In this document: piece after piece, positions 1-12,620 of the stretch
How the letters are laid out: every line of letters begins with the position of its first letter
How positions within the stretch are numbered: position 1 is the stretch's first letter
NCBI RefSeq assembly: GCF_030028105.1
Contig: NC_092379.1
Location: forward strand, 47,850,150 to 47,914,149
Direction: 5' to 3'
DNA from: Mobula birostris
Taxonomy: Eukaryota
Length of the DNA stretch: 64,000 bases
Notes under the pieces: generated by a model
Databases searched by the model: none
Seen by the model: only the letters and a program-made list of their open reading frames with translations
Told to the model about the DNA's origin: nothing
Program-made: the position numbers and the translations under genes

Positions 1-1149
1 CCTGTATCTTGGGGGTTTTACGATCAGACGCCTGTATCTTGGGGGGTTTACGATCAGACATCTGAACTTTGGGGGTTTACGATCAGACACCTGAACTTTG
101 GGGGTTTTACGATCAGATGCCTGTATCTTGGGGGGTTTACGATCAGATACCTGTATCTTGGGGGTTTTACAATCAGATACCTGTATCTTGGGGGGGAGGG
201 TTACGATCAGATACCTGTATCTTGGGGGGGTTTACAACCAGACACCTGTATCTTGGGGAATTTACAAACAGATACCTATATCTTGGGGGATTTACAATCA
301 GATACCTGAATCTTGGGGGGTTTATGATCAGACGCCTGTATCTTGGAGGATTTACAAACAGATAACTGTATCTTGGGGGGATTTACAATCAGATACCTGA
401 ATCTTGGGGGGTTTATGATCAGACACCTGTATCTTGGGGGTTTTACGATCAGATGCCTGTATCTTGGGGGGGGGTTACGATCAGATACCTGTATCTTGGG
501 CAGTTTACAATCAGACACCTGTATCCTGGAGGGTTTTACGATCAGATACCTGTATCCTGGGGGAGGGGAGTACGATCAGATACCTGTATCTTGGGGGGTT
601 TACAATCAGACACCTGTATCTTGGGGGATTTACAAACAGATACCTGTATCTTGGGGGGATTACAATCAGATACCTGTATCTGGGGGGGGGTTACAATCAG
701 ATACTTGTATCTTGGGGGATTTACAATCAGATACCTGAATCTTGGGGGGTTTACGATCAGACACCTGTATCTTGGGGGGTTTACAATCAGATGCCTGTAT
801 CTTGGGTGATTTACGATCAGACACCTGAACTTTGGGGGATTTACGATCAGACGCCTGTATCTTGGGGGGTTTACGATCAGACACCTGAACTTTGGGGGTT
901 TTACGATTTGATTCCTGTATCTTGGGGGGTTTACGATCAGACACCTGAACTTTGGGGGGTTTACGATTTGATTCCTGTATCTTGGGGGTTTTACGATCAG
1001 ACGCCTGTATCTTGGGGGGTTTACGATCAGACATCTGAACTTTGGGGGTTTACGATCAGACACCTGAACTTTGGGGGTTTTACGATCAGATGCCTGTATC
1101 TTGGGGGGTTTACGATCAGATGCCTGTATCTTGGGGGATTTACAAACAA
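1..1149. repeat. 30-bp minisatellite, ~38 copies, runs off the window start
   Basis: Unit ~CCTGTATCTTGGGGGGTTTACGATCAGACA read directly. G-run length varies; variants TGAACTTT/TGTATCTT and ACAAAC/ACGATC. Confidence 0.97.
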
Positions 1150-1269
1150 GACTTCTGCTGCAGGAACTCTGGAGCATAAACAGAAAGAGCTGGAAATGCT
1201 CGTCATGCTCGTGTGTCGCTGGAAGTAGATGTAGTGGGTGAACCTGTGGGGAGCCATCTTCACTCAGAA

Positions 1270-1440
1270 GGTGGTAGAAGTGTGGAACAAGCTGCCGGGG
1301 AAGCGGTGGATGTGGGTTCGATTTCAACATTTAAGAGAAATGGATGGCTGTGGCTCAGACGCAAGTTGGTGGCACGATGGTTTGGCATGAGCGAGAAGGG
1401 ATGAAGGGCCACTTTCTGTGCTTTATGACTCTCTGACTAA
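1270..1440 (+). mobile_element. CR1-type LINE 3' tail fragment
   Basis: GTGTGGAACAAGCTGCC...CAACATTTAAGAGA...GAAGGGCCCACTTTCTGTGCTTTATGACTCT resembles the CR1 3' ends elsewhere in the window. Confidence 0.6.
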
Positions 1441-1714
1441 GTTAGGCTGCCTCTGCTGAAAGAGGAACTGTTAAAGTTTCAGATTTAAGGCTCTTTGCCT
1501 AAGCTGAGTAAACACGTCTTTGTGACGTTTTTAGTGTTCACCACACTGACGACTGACACTAAAGTATTGATTTAATTTATCTGCCGTTGCCTTGTTTGCC
1601 ACGATTCATTGCCCTGCCTCTCTTCCCAGTGATCCCATACATTCCTGAGCTAATCCCTTCATTTTCTACACAACTAGAGCGGCCCTTGTTTGTTTTTATA
1701 TCACCGACCAAGTC

Positions 1715-2450
1715 AACACACACAAAACACTGGAGGAACTCAGCAGGCCAGGCAGCAAAGAGTAAAGTGTCGCCATTTCGGGCCGAGATCCTTCAGGAGG
1801 ACTGGAGGAAAAAAGATGAGGAGTCAGAGTTAGAGGGAGGAGAGAGAAGCACCAGGTGATTGGTGAAATTGAGAGGGGGGTGAACTAAAGAGCTGGGGAG
1901 TCGATTGGTGCAAGAGAATCAAGGCTGGAGAAGGGGGAATCTGACAGGAAAGGACAGAAGGTCATTGAAGAAAGAAAGGGGTGAGGAGCCCCAGAGGGAG
2001 ACGATGGGCAGGCAAGGAGATAAGGCGAGAGAGGGAGATGGGAATGGGGACCGGAAAAGGAAGTGGGGGGCGCTATTAGCGGAAGTTCAAGAAATCAAAG
2101 TTCATGCTATGAGGTTGGAGGCTACCCAGACGGAATACAACGTGTTGCTCCTCCAACCTGAGTGTGGCCTCATCGCGGCAGTAGAGGAGGCCGTGAATTA
2201 ATATGTTGGAATAAGAATGAGAAGTGGAATTAAAATGGGTGGCCACTGGGAGATCCCACTTTTTCTGGTGGACTGAGCATAGGTGCTCGGCAAAGTGGTC
2301 TCCCAATCTACGTCGGGACTCACCGATAAACAGGAAGCCACACCGGGAACACTGGATAGAGTAGATGACCCCGACAGACTCACAGGTGAAGTGTCGCCTC
2401 ACCTGGAAGGACTGCTTGGGGCCCTGAATGGTGGTGAGGAGGTGTGGCAC
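1715..2450 (-). mobile_element. Penelope-like element 3' part: GIY-YIG endonuclease, pyrimidine tract and terminal repeat
   Basis: ORF 2076-2471(-) reads FTCESVGVIYSIQCSRCGFLFIGESRRRLGDHFAEH...LRLEEQHVVFRLGSLQPHSMNFDF, a PLE GIY-YIG with CxxC. The shared terminal repeat follows on the same strand. Confidence 0.9.
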
Positions 2451-2651
2451 TTGTTTTAATTCATTTCTCACTCCTTAGTAATTTTAGTCAGTCATTGCTG
2501 GTTCTTGCCTGACGTCGTTTACTTGTCTTGTGAGTACGGGTTGATGTGCATGTTACCAGAAAAGGCATTTAAAGTGCTGTGCAGTTTTCAGGCTGTGTAA
2601 AGATGCTGCAGTCTTTGACTTTAGTATTTTCCTTGACCATTTTTGCAAACT

Positions 2652-3025
2652 AGAGTCAGAATCAGGATTATTATCAGTAACATTTGTTGTTTTGTGGCAG
2701 CAGTACAGTGCTAGACAGAAAATATTCTGTAAGTTACAATAGGAAATATTTTAAAAATTATGTAAGTAGTGCAGATAGTGAGGAGGTGTCTATCGGTTCA
2801 TCGTCGGACAGAAGTCGGAAGGGAAGAAGCTTGGGTGTGTGTCTTCAGACTCCCGTACCTCCTCTCTGATGGTGACAATGTCCCGGGTGGTGGAGGTCCT
2901 TTTGGTGCATTTCTGAGGATGTCCTCGATGCTGAGGAGGCCAGTGCCCACAATGGATCTGGCTGAGTTTACAAACCTCCGCATCTTTTTCCGATCCTGTG
3001 CAGTGGCCCCTCTGTACCAGAAGCT
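2652..3025 (-). mobile_element. Rex1/Babar-like LINE 3' fragment
   Basis: AGAGTCAGAATCAGG tail. Minus ORF RRFVNSARSIVGTGLLSIEDI...SERRYGSLKTHT matches other Rex-type fragments. Confidence 0.7.
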
Positions 3026-3124
3026 GACTCACCACCCTGGGGATAAATCTCTGCTCATTATTGTGAACTATCTGGGTTAAGCAGTTGCTCCTTCTCATTC
3101 ACTGACCTTTCCCTTCTGCACTCC

Positions 3125-3510
3125 ATCAGACTATAAGGTATAGTAGGCCATTCAGCCCATCGAGTCTGTTCCACCATTTGGTCGTTTGAGTTTTTTCCAA
3201 CCCTATTATCCTGTCTCCACCTTCTATCCATTAACCCCATTCCCAACGGAGAACCTATCAGTCCTATAAATATAACCAATGACTTGGCCTCCACGGCTCT
3301 CCACGGCAACAGATTCCATAGACTCACAACCCTCTGGCTGAAGAAATTCCTCCTCATCTTGGTTCTTAAGAGCTGTCCCTGCATTCTGAGGCTGTGCCCT
3401 TGGATTCCAGACTTTCTCTAGACACATCGTCTCCACATCCTCCCTATCCAGGCCTTTCAGCATCTGGCAGGTCTCAATGAGATCTTTCTGAACTCCATCG
3501 AGTATAGGTG
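3125..3510 (-). mobile_element. CR1 LINE 3' fragment
   Basis: Minus ORFs LKGLDREDVE and RRNFFSQRVVSLWNLLP are the CR1 ORF2 C-terminus. Confidence 0.85.
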
Positions 3511-3629
3511 CAGAGATATGAAATTCTCCTCAAGCATTAAGTCCACTCCAGACCACTCTATCTTCCACTCTATTAAGTCCAACTCTACCTTCATGCCATT
3601 ATAATTATTTGTTAAGTACATAGGCTTGT

Positions 3630-3692
3630 GGGCCGGCCAGTGGTGTAGTGACATAAGCCACGGACTCCAGGGCGGATGGTCCTGAGTTCAAA
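3630..3692 (+). mobile_element. tRNA-derived SINE head fragment
   Basis: A-box-like TGGTGTAGTG and B-box-like GAGTTCAAA; no acceptor stem. Confidence 0.5.
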
Positions 3693-4025
3693 GTAGCATC
3701 TATGCAGAAGAGTAAACAGTCATTGTTTTGGGCTGAAACCCTTCATTGGGTCCTATAATTGCGATGGGTCAGCTGCATCATCCGTGCGCCTGACTCCCGT
3801 CTCCCTGAACAACTCCTGTTCCAACAACTCAAGGGTACATTTTGTGTGTCTTGCTTTGAGTTCCAGCATCTGCAGATTTTGTCTTGTTTGTGAAGCCATC
3901 TTCTCGTTGCAATCATCAGAGAGCAGTTACAGCAGCCTGAAGACCCACACTTAACAACTTAGGAACAGTTACGTCTCCTCCGCGATTGCTTCTGTACTAT
4001 GTACACTGCAGTACGTAAAATACTG

Positions 4026-4602
4026 NNNNNNNNNNNNNNNNNNNNNNNNNNNNNNNNNNNNNNNNNNNNNNNNNNNNNNNNNNNNNNNNNNNNNNNNNNN
4101 NNNNNNNNNNNNNNNNNNNNNNNNNNNNNNNNNNNNNNNNNNNNNNNNNNNNNNNNNNNNNNNNNNNNNNNNNNNNNNNNNNNNNNNNNNNNNNNNNNNN
4201 NNNNNNNNNNNNNNNNNNNNNNNNNNNNNNNNNNNNNNNNNNNNNNNNNNNNNNNNNNNNNNNNNNNNNNNNNNNNNNNNNNNNNNNNNNNNNNNNNNNN
4301 NNNNNNNNNNNNNNNNNNNNNNNNNNNNNNNNNNNNNNNNNNNNNNNNNNNNNNNNNNNNNNNNNNNNNNNNNNNNNNNNNNNNNNNNNNNNNNNNNNNN
4401 NNNNNNNNNNNNNNNNNNNNNNNNNNNNNNNNNNNNNNNNNNNNNNNNNNNNNNNNNNNNNNNNNNNNNNNNNNNNNNNNNNNNNNNNNNNNNNNNNNNN
4501 NNNNNNNNNNNNNNNNNNNNNNNNNNNNNNNNNNNNNNNNNNNNNNNNNNNNNNNNNNNNNNNNNNNNNNNNNNNNNNNNNNNNNNNNNNNNNNNNNNNN
4601 NN
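4026..4602. other. assembly gap (577 N)
   Basis: Run of N. Confidence 1.
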
Positions 4603-4729
4603 TGTGTTTACGTGTGTATATACAGAATATATTTCTCATTCCAATATTTGTTTAAGTATTGCTGTGTACTGCTGCTGTGAAACAATAGATTACGTGACGT
4701 GCCGGTGATTATAAGCTGATTCTGAGCTG

Positions 4730-5110
4730 CACTCAGTGCAGAGTATTCTGTCACACTCCTGACACGAGCCCTGTAGATGGTGGACGGGCCTTGGGGTGTG
4801 AGGTAGCACCACAGGATCCCCTGTTCTTGCAGCCATACTGAGTACGAAGCTGCCTCAGCTGAGTTTCTGACCAATGTAAACCTCGAGGATATTGACAGCG
4901 GGGGTCTCGGTGCTGGTGATGTCATTGACTGCCAGGGAGTGAGAGATGGAGTTTTCTCTTGTTGGGTATCATCATCGCCTGGCACTTGTATGGGGGCAGC
5001 GTTACTGTCACCTCTCAACCCAGACCTGGATCTTGCCCAGATCCTCTTGCATTTGGTTGTGGTCTGTTTCATTACCTTGGGAATCTTGAATGCTGCTGTA
5101 GCCATCGGTG
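4730..5110 (-). mobile_element. old L2/CR1-group LINE RT fragment
   Basis: Minus translation YLTPQGPSTIYRARVRSVTEYSA resembles the post-RT 'Y...VRS..EY' motif. Confidence 0.5.
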
Positions 5111-5115
5111 AAGGT

Positions 5116-5645
5116 CACACACACAATGCTGGAGGAACTCAGCAGGGCAGGCAGCATCTATGGAGAAGAATAAATCCTCAAAGTTTCAGGCCGAGACCCT
5201 TCATCGGGACTGGAAAGGAGGAGGCCAGAAGCCAGAATCAGAGGTTAGGTGTGGGGGGCATGTAGGAGGGGGGTGGAAGGAGTACAAGCTGGCAGGTGAT
5301 GGATGATAAGTCTGGTGAGCACGTAGTCAAGGAGTTGCAGAACAACAGAGACCAAAGAGGGGGAGCAGTGAGAGAGTCTCTCACTAAACTGCCCATCGAA
5401 GAGAAGGTTTAAACTTCTCCAAGGTAGGCATACCTTGAAGAGACTTTGCAGAGGAGCAGAAAATCATAAACACAAGAGATTCTGCAGATGCTGGAAATCC
5501 AGAGCAACACACACACAATGCTGGAGGAACTCAGCAGGCCAGGCAGCATCTGGAGAGGAATAAGCAGTTGACGTTACGGGCCGAGACCCTTCATCACATG
5601 TGTATGCTGCTCTGGATTTCCAGCATTTGCAAAATCTCTAGTGTT
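5116..5645 (-). mobile_element. two Penelope-derived terminal-repeat copies; the second is a fold-back unit (5469-5645)
   Basis: TGCTGGAGGAACTCAGCAGG...GGCCGAGACCCTTCATC. AACACAAGAGATTCTGCAGATGCTGGAAATCCAGAGCA is mirrored by TGCTCTGGATTTCCAGCATTTGCAAAATCTCTAGTGTT. Confidence 0.8.
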
Positions 5646-5690
5646 AGTGAACAACTCCACTTCTGACCTTACGACTGATGGCAGCTGAAA

Positions 5691-6055
5691 AAGGCTGGGC
5701 TTTCTATGACAGATTCTGGAATCTGCAAATGTCCCTGTAGATTTACGAAGGCTGGGCTTTCTATGACAGATTCTGGAATCGGAAAATGCTCCTGTAGATT
5801 TAAAGGTTACTAATGTAAACCTGTTGTTCAGAAAAGTGAGAGAGAGTGAAGAAATGGCCGAATATCAAAGGCAAGGAAATGCTGGAATGTGTCATGGATG
5901 TAACAAACCAGCAGAACAAGAATAGGAGAATTGAAGAGAGTGGATTTATGAATGGGAAACTGTGTTAGACTGGGCTGCTGGAGTTATCTGAGGATGTGAT
6001 TGGCAGAACGCATGAGCAGGTACTAGGGGATGTGTTGTGACTGAATTTTCAATAC
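5691..6055 (+). mobile_element. decayed CR1 RT fragment with a 57-bp tandem duplication (5691-5802)
   Basis: AAGGCTGGGCTTTCTATGACAGATTCTGGAATC occurs at 5691 and 5748, followed by DLKVTNVNLLFRK-like CR1 sequence. Confidence 0.55.
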
Positions 6056-6439
6056 AGGAACTGGACAAAGTTGGAAGAGGAAACAATTATCACCCTACAG
6101 CCATCAGGCTCCTGAACCAGTGCGGGTAACTCCACTCGCCACAACACTGAACCTACAACCTACAGACTCACTTTCAAGGAATCTGGAACTCTTGTTCTCA
6201 GTATTAGTTATTTATATTTTACTTAGTCAATTTGCCTTCTTTAGCACATTGTTTTATTCTGTTTTTGTTCCCTAATTTCTATTGTATTCCTTTATTTTCT
6301 GTAAATTCCCACAAGCAAATGTCCGTCAAAGGTCATCTAGTGACGTAGACATTCGACGTAGCTTGCCATTGCATTGGCATGGATTGAGAATTTGTTATTG
6401 GACAGAAAGTAAAACATGGGAAGAAACTTTTCTTTAACA

Positions 6440-7118
6440 CAGAAAAAGATTTTGAAGATGGGTTGTGCAGTCAGATTTTCATGGATACCTGGGCACGCTA
6501 GAGTGAAGGGAAATGAAATTGTGGATGGCATTGCAAAGTCTTCCTTACAGAGCAGGCAAGTAGAAATTAGCGTTCCCCTAGGCAGAGCAGAATTGAGAAG
6601 TAGGATTAAAAAAGGTATAGAGAAGATGTGGCAGGAGGATTGCAAAAATGAATTAAGGGGCAGGCATTATTTTTCTACTCACCCACAAGCTAAAAAGGTC
6701 TCAGACTGTTACCTTTTAAGTCATTGAGATATGGTGAAATTAACAAGACTTAGGTTGGGGCACTGTGGGTTAAACTATTATTTAAAGATAATAGGAAAAG
6801 ATCCCACTGGATTATGTGACTGTGGTTGTCCAGAGACAGTCCAGCATGTTTTGCTGAGCTGTAATCGATACAATATTGAAAGAAGCATGTTGTTCAAGAG
6901 GCTGTCTGGCTTAAATTTATTCTGGTTTTCTGTTAAATCTTTGTTTGGCCATCAAGAGAATCAACATCTGATTGCAGAGTCTATTATTCAGTTTATACGT
7001 GAGACCAGGTTGTATTCGAGAATTTGAGTTTCTTGAAGTTCTATAATTAATTATACATCCTGTGGAGGGCTGTAATACTCCTAGATGTGTCCAAACAGCC
7101 GGAAATAGAAGATGAAGA
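6440..7118 (+). mobile_element. Nimb/I-group LINE 3' end (RNase H + CCHC), 5'-truncated
   Basis: VRFSWIPGHARVKGNEIVDGIAK (RNase H), one in-frame stop at 6725-6727, then LTRLRLGHCGLN...CDCGCPETVQHVLLSC. Short 3'UTR ends in GAAGATGAAGA. Confidence 0.85.
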
Positions 7119-7600
7119 TTTCTGCAGATGCTGGAAATCCAGAGTGACACACACAGAATGCTGGAGGAATTCAGCAGATCGGGCAGCATCCATGGAGATG
7201 AATAAACAGTTGACATTTCAGGCCGAGACACTTCTTCAGGGCTGGAAAGGACGGGGGCAGAAACCAGAATAAGGAGGAGTGGTGGGGGCAGGGGGAAGGG
7301 AAGGAGTATGGACTGGCAAGTGATGGGTGAAACCGAGTGAGGGGGAAGTTGGTTTGATGGGGGAGGAGGGCTGATGTGAGGCACTGGAAGGGGATAGGTG
7401 GAAGAAGTAAAGGGTTGAAGAGGAAAGGAGAGGAGAGTGGACCATGGGAGAAAGGGACGCGGAAGGAGGTGATGAGCAGACGAGGAGAAGAGAAGAGCTG
7501 AGAGGTGAACCAGAATAGGAAATGGAAGAGAGAGGGTGGGGATATTACTGGACGTTGGAGATATTGATGTTCATGTGTCAGGTTGGAGGCAGCCCAGGTG
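7118..7600 (-). mobile_element. Penelope-like 3' remnant with hammerhead-like motif (7207-7243)
   Basis: Same terminal repeat, purine tract and GIY-YIG C-terminal remnant as 1715-2450. Confidence 0.8.
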
Positions 7601-8019
7601 GGACCTCAGCTCTTCTTTCTCGGGTTGGCAGCTCTGACAAATGGAAGAGCGGAGACCGGCTCCTCAGGTCCTTAGCTCTTCGCAACGTGTCTCAGGGGGT
7701 GGGGACGGTGAGGGAGACACTAAATGTTACTTCCACGGGTTTGTTGATGATATAAGGCAAGGGTGCAATAGAAGGAGATGCAAAGAGGCTTCACAGGATG
7801 CAGATGAAGTGACTGAGCAGGCGAAGTATGGAATGTAACATTTGTCATTGCTAATTAACTGGGTTCTGTCAACTCGCGCTCATTCCTCAATCAGACTCTA
7901 TTTACTGGCGCTCAGGGAGAATGGCTTGGGCCCTGTCACCACGCTGTTCTGAGGTTTTGTGCAGAGAATGCCATTTTCAAACAGAATTGACTAGCGAATA
8001 CGGATATTGGCCATTTGGC

Positions 8020-8357
8020 TATAATTCAGGACGCCCATCTCCCAGGACATGCCCTCTTCTCACTGCTACAATTGGGAAGGAGGTCCAGGAGTTTGAAGAC
8101 CCACAGTCAACGATTCAGGAACAGCTTCTTCCCCTGTGCCATCAGATTTCTGAATGGACCATCAACCCATGAACACTACCTCACCGTTTTTTATTCTATT
8201 TTTACACTACTTATTTAATTTAACTATTTATACACACAGATAAATATATATTACTGTGATTCACGTTCTTCTCTATTATTATGTATCGCATTGTACTGCA
8301 GCCGCAAAGTCAATAAACTTCACAACGTAAGCCGGTGATAATTAAACCTGATTCTGG
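8020..8357 (+). mobile_element. Rex1/Babar-like LINE 3' end
   Basis: IIQDAHLPGHALFSLLQLGRRSRSLKTHSQRFRNSFFPCAIRFLNG, then GCCGGTGATAATTAAACCTGATTCTG tail. Confidence 0.85.
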
Positions 8358-8777
8358 TGAACTGTGTACGTGTTAAATCCTTATTTGTGAGATCATTTAC
8401 CCAGTCGCAGTACAGGTGTCGATAGTCAATGGAAACTACAAGTGAACAACCGGGCTCCAGCCCTTGCTGGGCAAAGGGAAGTTGTGGCCTTCAAAGCCTC
8501 TGTTGCTTGGGTTGACTGCACACGACCTGTCAACTATCCTAGTGTTAGCCCTTGTCCTTATCGTGCCACTACTTCCAAACATTGAAAAGTCTGAGTTATC
8601 CACTTTGCGTAACAGAAACACAGCAGTTGCTAGATACGGAGGGATGGACGGTGTTGATGTTCAAAGGATTTGGCTGTGTTGTGTATATGTGTCACTGAAA
8701 GGCCACACAGGTACAGTACAGTGCATGAAATGCAAACAGTATGTTGGGTCTTCTTGTGAAATGGTTCTGTTACAGAC

Positions 8778-9458
8778 GAAGGAAGTTCACCTCTGTCCCA
8801 GGATACTGATGGACTTTTACCGCTGTACTATTGAGAGCATACTCACCAACTGCATCTCAGTGTGCTATGGCAATTGTCCCGTATCGGACCACAAAGCACT
8901 CCAGCGTGTGGTGAAAACTGCCCAGCAGGTTGCATCACTGTCTGGTATAGAGGGGCTACTGCATAGGACCGAAAGAAGCTGCAGAGGGTGGTAAATCTAG
9001 TCGGCTCCATCTTGGGTACTAGCCTACAAAGTACCCAGGACATCTTTAGGGAGTGGTGTCTCAGAAAGGCAGCGTCCATTATTAAGGACCTCCAGCACCC
9101 AGGGCATGGCCTCTTCTCACTGTTACCATCAGGTGGGAGGTACAAAATCCTGAAGGCACACACTCAGCGATTCAGGAACAGCTTCTTCACCTCTGCCACC
9201 CAATTCCTGAATGGACTTTGAAGTTTTGGACACTACCTCATTTATTTATAGTATACAGTATTTCTGTTTTTGCATGTTTTTTAATAATCTATTCAATATA
9301 CATAATTGATTTACTTGTTTATTTATTATGTCTTTATTTTATTTATTATTATTATTTTTTTCTCTCTCTGCTAGATTATGTATTGCATTGAACTGCTGCT
9401 GCTAAGTTAACAAAATTCACGTCATATGCCGGTGACAATAAACCTGATTCTGATTCTA
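8778..9458 (+). mobile_element. Rex1/Babar-like LINE 3' fragments (two joined pieces)
   Basis: FYRCTIESILTNCISVCYGNC...LQRVVKTAQ and KAASIIKDLQHPGHGLFSLLPSGGRY...RFRNSFF; AAACCTGATTCTGATTCT tail. Confidence 0.85.
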
Positions 9459-9467
9459 ATTTATTTT

Positions 9468-9746
9468 AGCAACACACAGACACAAAAATACTGGAAGAAT
9501 TCAGCAAACCAACAAGTATCTATGGAAGGGAATGTTACTTCCCTCCATAGATGCTGCCTGGCTTGCTAAGTACATCAAGAATTTCTTTTCCTGCAAACGG
9601 TTTCCAGCATCTGAAGAATCTCTCATGCCTGCCTCTTTATTTATCTAAGCAACACACATCAAAGTTGCTGGTGAACGCAGCAGGCCAGGCAGCATCTCTA
9701 GGAAGAGGTGCAGTCGACGTTTCAGGCCCAGACCCTTCGTCAGGAT
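9468..9746. mobile_element. Penelope terminal-repeat cluster: fold-back copy plus a young copy with an intact hammerhead core (9712-9746, minus)
   Basis: ATCTATGGAAGGGAA/TTCCCTCCATAGAT inversion. Minus strand reads CTGACGA-AGGGTCTGGGCCT-GAAAC-GTC-GACTG. Confidence 0.8.
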
Positions 9747-9835
9747 CTTTATTTATCTACTCATTTACATTTGTAAATGTTTTCCTCTTGGACCGTACTG
9801 CTGACATAAATCAACGGATTTCATGATAAATGTCC

Positions 9836-12620
9836 GTAAGACCATCAGACAGGAGCAGAATTGGGGCATTCGGCCCATCGAGTGTGCTTCTGCATTTCAT
9901 GATGGCTGATCCATTTCCGTCTCAACCCCAATCTTCTGCCTTCTTCCTGTTACCTTCCACATCCTGACATCAAGAATCTATCAACTTCTGCCTTAACTAC
10001 ATCCAGTGACTTGGTCTTCACAGCCCCCTGTGCCAACAACTGCCACAGATTCACCACCCCCGGTTAAAAAAATCCCTCCTCATCTCCATTCTAAAAGGAT
10101 GTCCCTCTATTTTGCGATTGTGTCCTCTCATCCTATACATTCCGACTATAGGAAACATCCTCTTCACATCCACTCTATCTGGGCCTTTCAACACTCGGAA
10201 GGTTCCCATGAGATTCCCCTCTCATCTTCTAAATTCCACCAAGTACAAACACTCCTCATACGATGAGCCTTTCATTCCTGGAATCATTTTTGTGAACTTC
10301 CTTTGCACCCTCTCCAGTGTCAGCACATCCTTTCTTAGATAAGGACCCAAAACTACTGACAATACTCCACGTGAGGCCTCACCAGTGCTTTAAAAAGCCT
10401 CAGCATTACATCCTCATTTTCATACTCTAGTCCTCTCGAAATGAATGAATAATTACATTTACCTTCCTCACCACCGACTCAACCTGCAAGTTAACATTTG
10501 GGGTGCCCTGAATGAGAACTCACAAGGTCCTTTGCCTCTCAGATTTTTGAATTTTCTCCCTGTTTAAAATATCCTCTGTGCTTTGAATCCTTCTTCCAAA
10601 GTGTATGGTCATACACTTCCTGACACGGTATTCCATCTGCCAGTTCTTTGCCCATCTCCTAATCTGTGTAAGTCCATCTGGAGCCTCTCTGCTTCCTCAG
10701 AACAACCTGCCCCTTCACCTACCTTTGTGTTGTCCTCAAATTCGGCCACAAAACCATCAATTTCATCATCCAAATCATTGACATACAACGTTAAAAGGAG
10801 CAGTCCCAACACTGACCCCTGCAGAACACCACTAGTCAGTGGCAGCCAATTAGGAAAGGCTCCCTTTATTCCCACTCTTTGCCAATGCTTTGTCCATGCT
10901 AATATGTTTCCTGTAATACCATGGGCTCTTATCTTGTTAAACAATCTCATGTATGGCACCTTGTCAAAGGTCTTCCAAAAATCCAAGTACACAACATCCA
11001 CCAATTCTCCTTTGCCTATCCTGCTTGTTATTTTGTCAAAGAGTTCCAACAGACTTGTCAGGCAAGGTTTTCTCTTAAAGAAACCATGCTGTCTTTGGCC
11101 TATTTCATCATGGGCCTCAAGTACCCAAAATCACACCCTTAGCAATCGACTCCAACATCTTCCCAACCACTGACGTCAGGCTAACTGGCTTATAATTTGC
11201 TTTCTTCTGCCTCTCTCCCTTCTTGAAGAGTGAAGCGACATTAGTAATTTTCCAGTCTTCCGGAACCACTTGAGACTCCAGTGATCCTTGAAAGATCAGT
11301 AGTAATGCTGCCACAAGCTCCTCGTCCACCTCTTTCAGAACCCTGGACTTTACTCCATCTGGTCCAGATGATTTGTCTGAATATAGATTTGCCCTAGTAA
11401 TAGCAAATACACTCACCTCCGACCTCTGACACTCTCGAACTTCTGGCGTACTGCTAGTGTCTTCCACAGTGAAGACGGATGCCAAATACTTATTCAGTTC
11501 ATCTGCCATTTCCTTGTCCCCCATTACTACCTCTCCAGCATCATTTCCCAGTGGTCCAGTATCTACTTTTGCCTCTCTTATGCTCTATATATTTGTTAGA
11601 AAAAAACTTTTAGTATCTTCTTTGATATTATTGGCTAATTTACCTTATTTTTCCCCTCCTCATGGCTTTTTAGTTGCCTTCTGTTGGTTTTTAAAAGCTT
11701 TGCAATGCTCTAATTTCCTACTACTTTTGCTCTATTCTATGCTCTCTCTTTTGCTTTTCTGTTGGCTTTGACTTCCCTTGTCATCCCGCCTTTAGACTTT
11801 GGGAAGTATCTATACTGACCCTACAAATTGCTCACAAAAACTCCATCCATTGCTGTTCTGCCGTCATCCCTGCTAGTGTTCCTACAGCCAGCTCCTTTCT
11901 GATGCCTCTATAATTCCCTTTACTCCCCTGTAATACTGATACAGTTGACTTTAACTTCTCCTTCTCCAGTTGCAGGGTGAATTCGATCATATTATGATGA
12001 CTTACTCCTAAGGGGTGCTTTACCTTCAGCTCTCTAATCAATTCCAGTTACTTACACAACAAGCAATCCAAAATAGCTGATCCCCTTGTGGGCTCAACCA
12101 CAAGCTAAGGAAGCCATCTTGTAGGCATTCTACAAATTCTCTCTCTTGGGATCCAAAATAAGCACCAAGCTGATTTTCCCAATCTACCTGTATAATGAAA
12201 CTCACCATGACTACAATAACATTTCCCTTTTGACATGCATTTTCTATCTCCCTCATAATTTGTAGCCCACATCCTGGCTAGCGTTTGGAGGCCTCCTGTC
12301 AGGATTTTTACCCCTGTGGTTCCTTAACTCTACCCACAATTCTACATCTTCTGATTCTCTGTCAGCTCTGAGGATTTGATATCATTATTTTTTACCAACA
12401 GAGACATGCCACCCCCTCTGCCGACCAGCCTGTTCTTTCAATACAATGTGTATCCTTGCATATTCAGTTCCAAACTATCATCTTCCTTCAGCCATGACTC
12501 AGAGATGCTCTCAGTGTCGTACCTGCCAGCACCTAACTGCGCTACAACATCATCTACCTTATTCCATGCATTCAAATATAACACCTTCAGTCACCTACTC
12601 TTCACCCTTTCTGACTGGAT
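9836..12620 (-). mobile_element. CR1 LINE, ~2.8 kb, decayed ORF2 (endonuclease to RT to 3' tail)
   Basis: VDVVYLDFWKTFDKVP...SGVLQGSVLG...YVNDLD...FEDNTKVG; EDWKITNVASLFKKG...NYKPVSLTSVVGKMLE; HPLGVSHHNMIEF. Confidence 0.93.

Noticed and set aside
69-1330. Long repetitive ORFs (up to 264 aa) in the 30-bp array
   Set aside because: They are open on both strands and in several frames because of the stop-poor repeat unit, and G-run indels shift the frame freely.
3959-4655. ORFs spanning the N run (also 55945-56491)
   Set aside because: Artefacts of assembly gaps.
8464-8994. 176-aa ORF with a hydrophobic N-terminus
   Set aside because: It starts at a non-ATG codon, its C-terminal part is Rex/Babar LINE sequence, and it has no recognisable domain.
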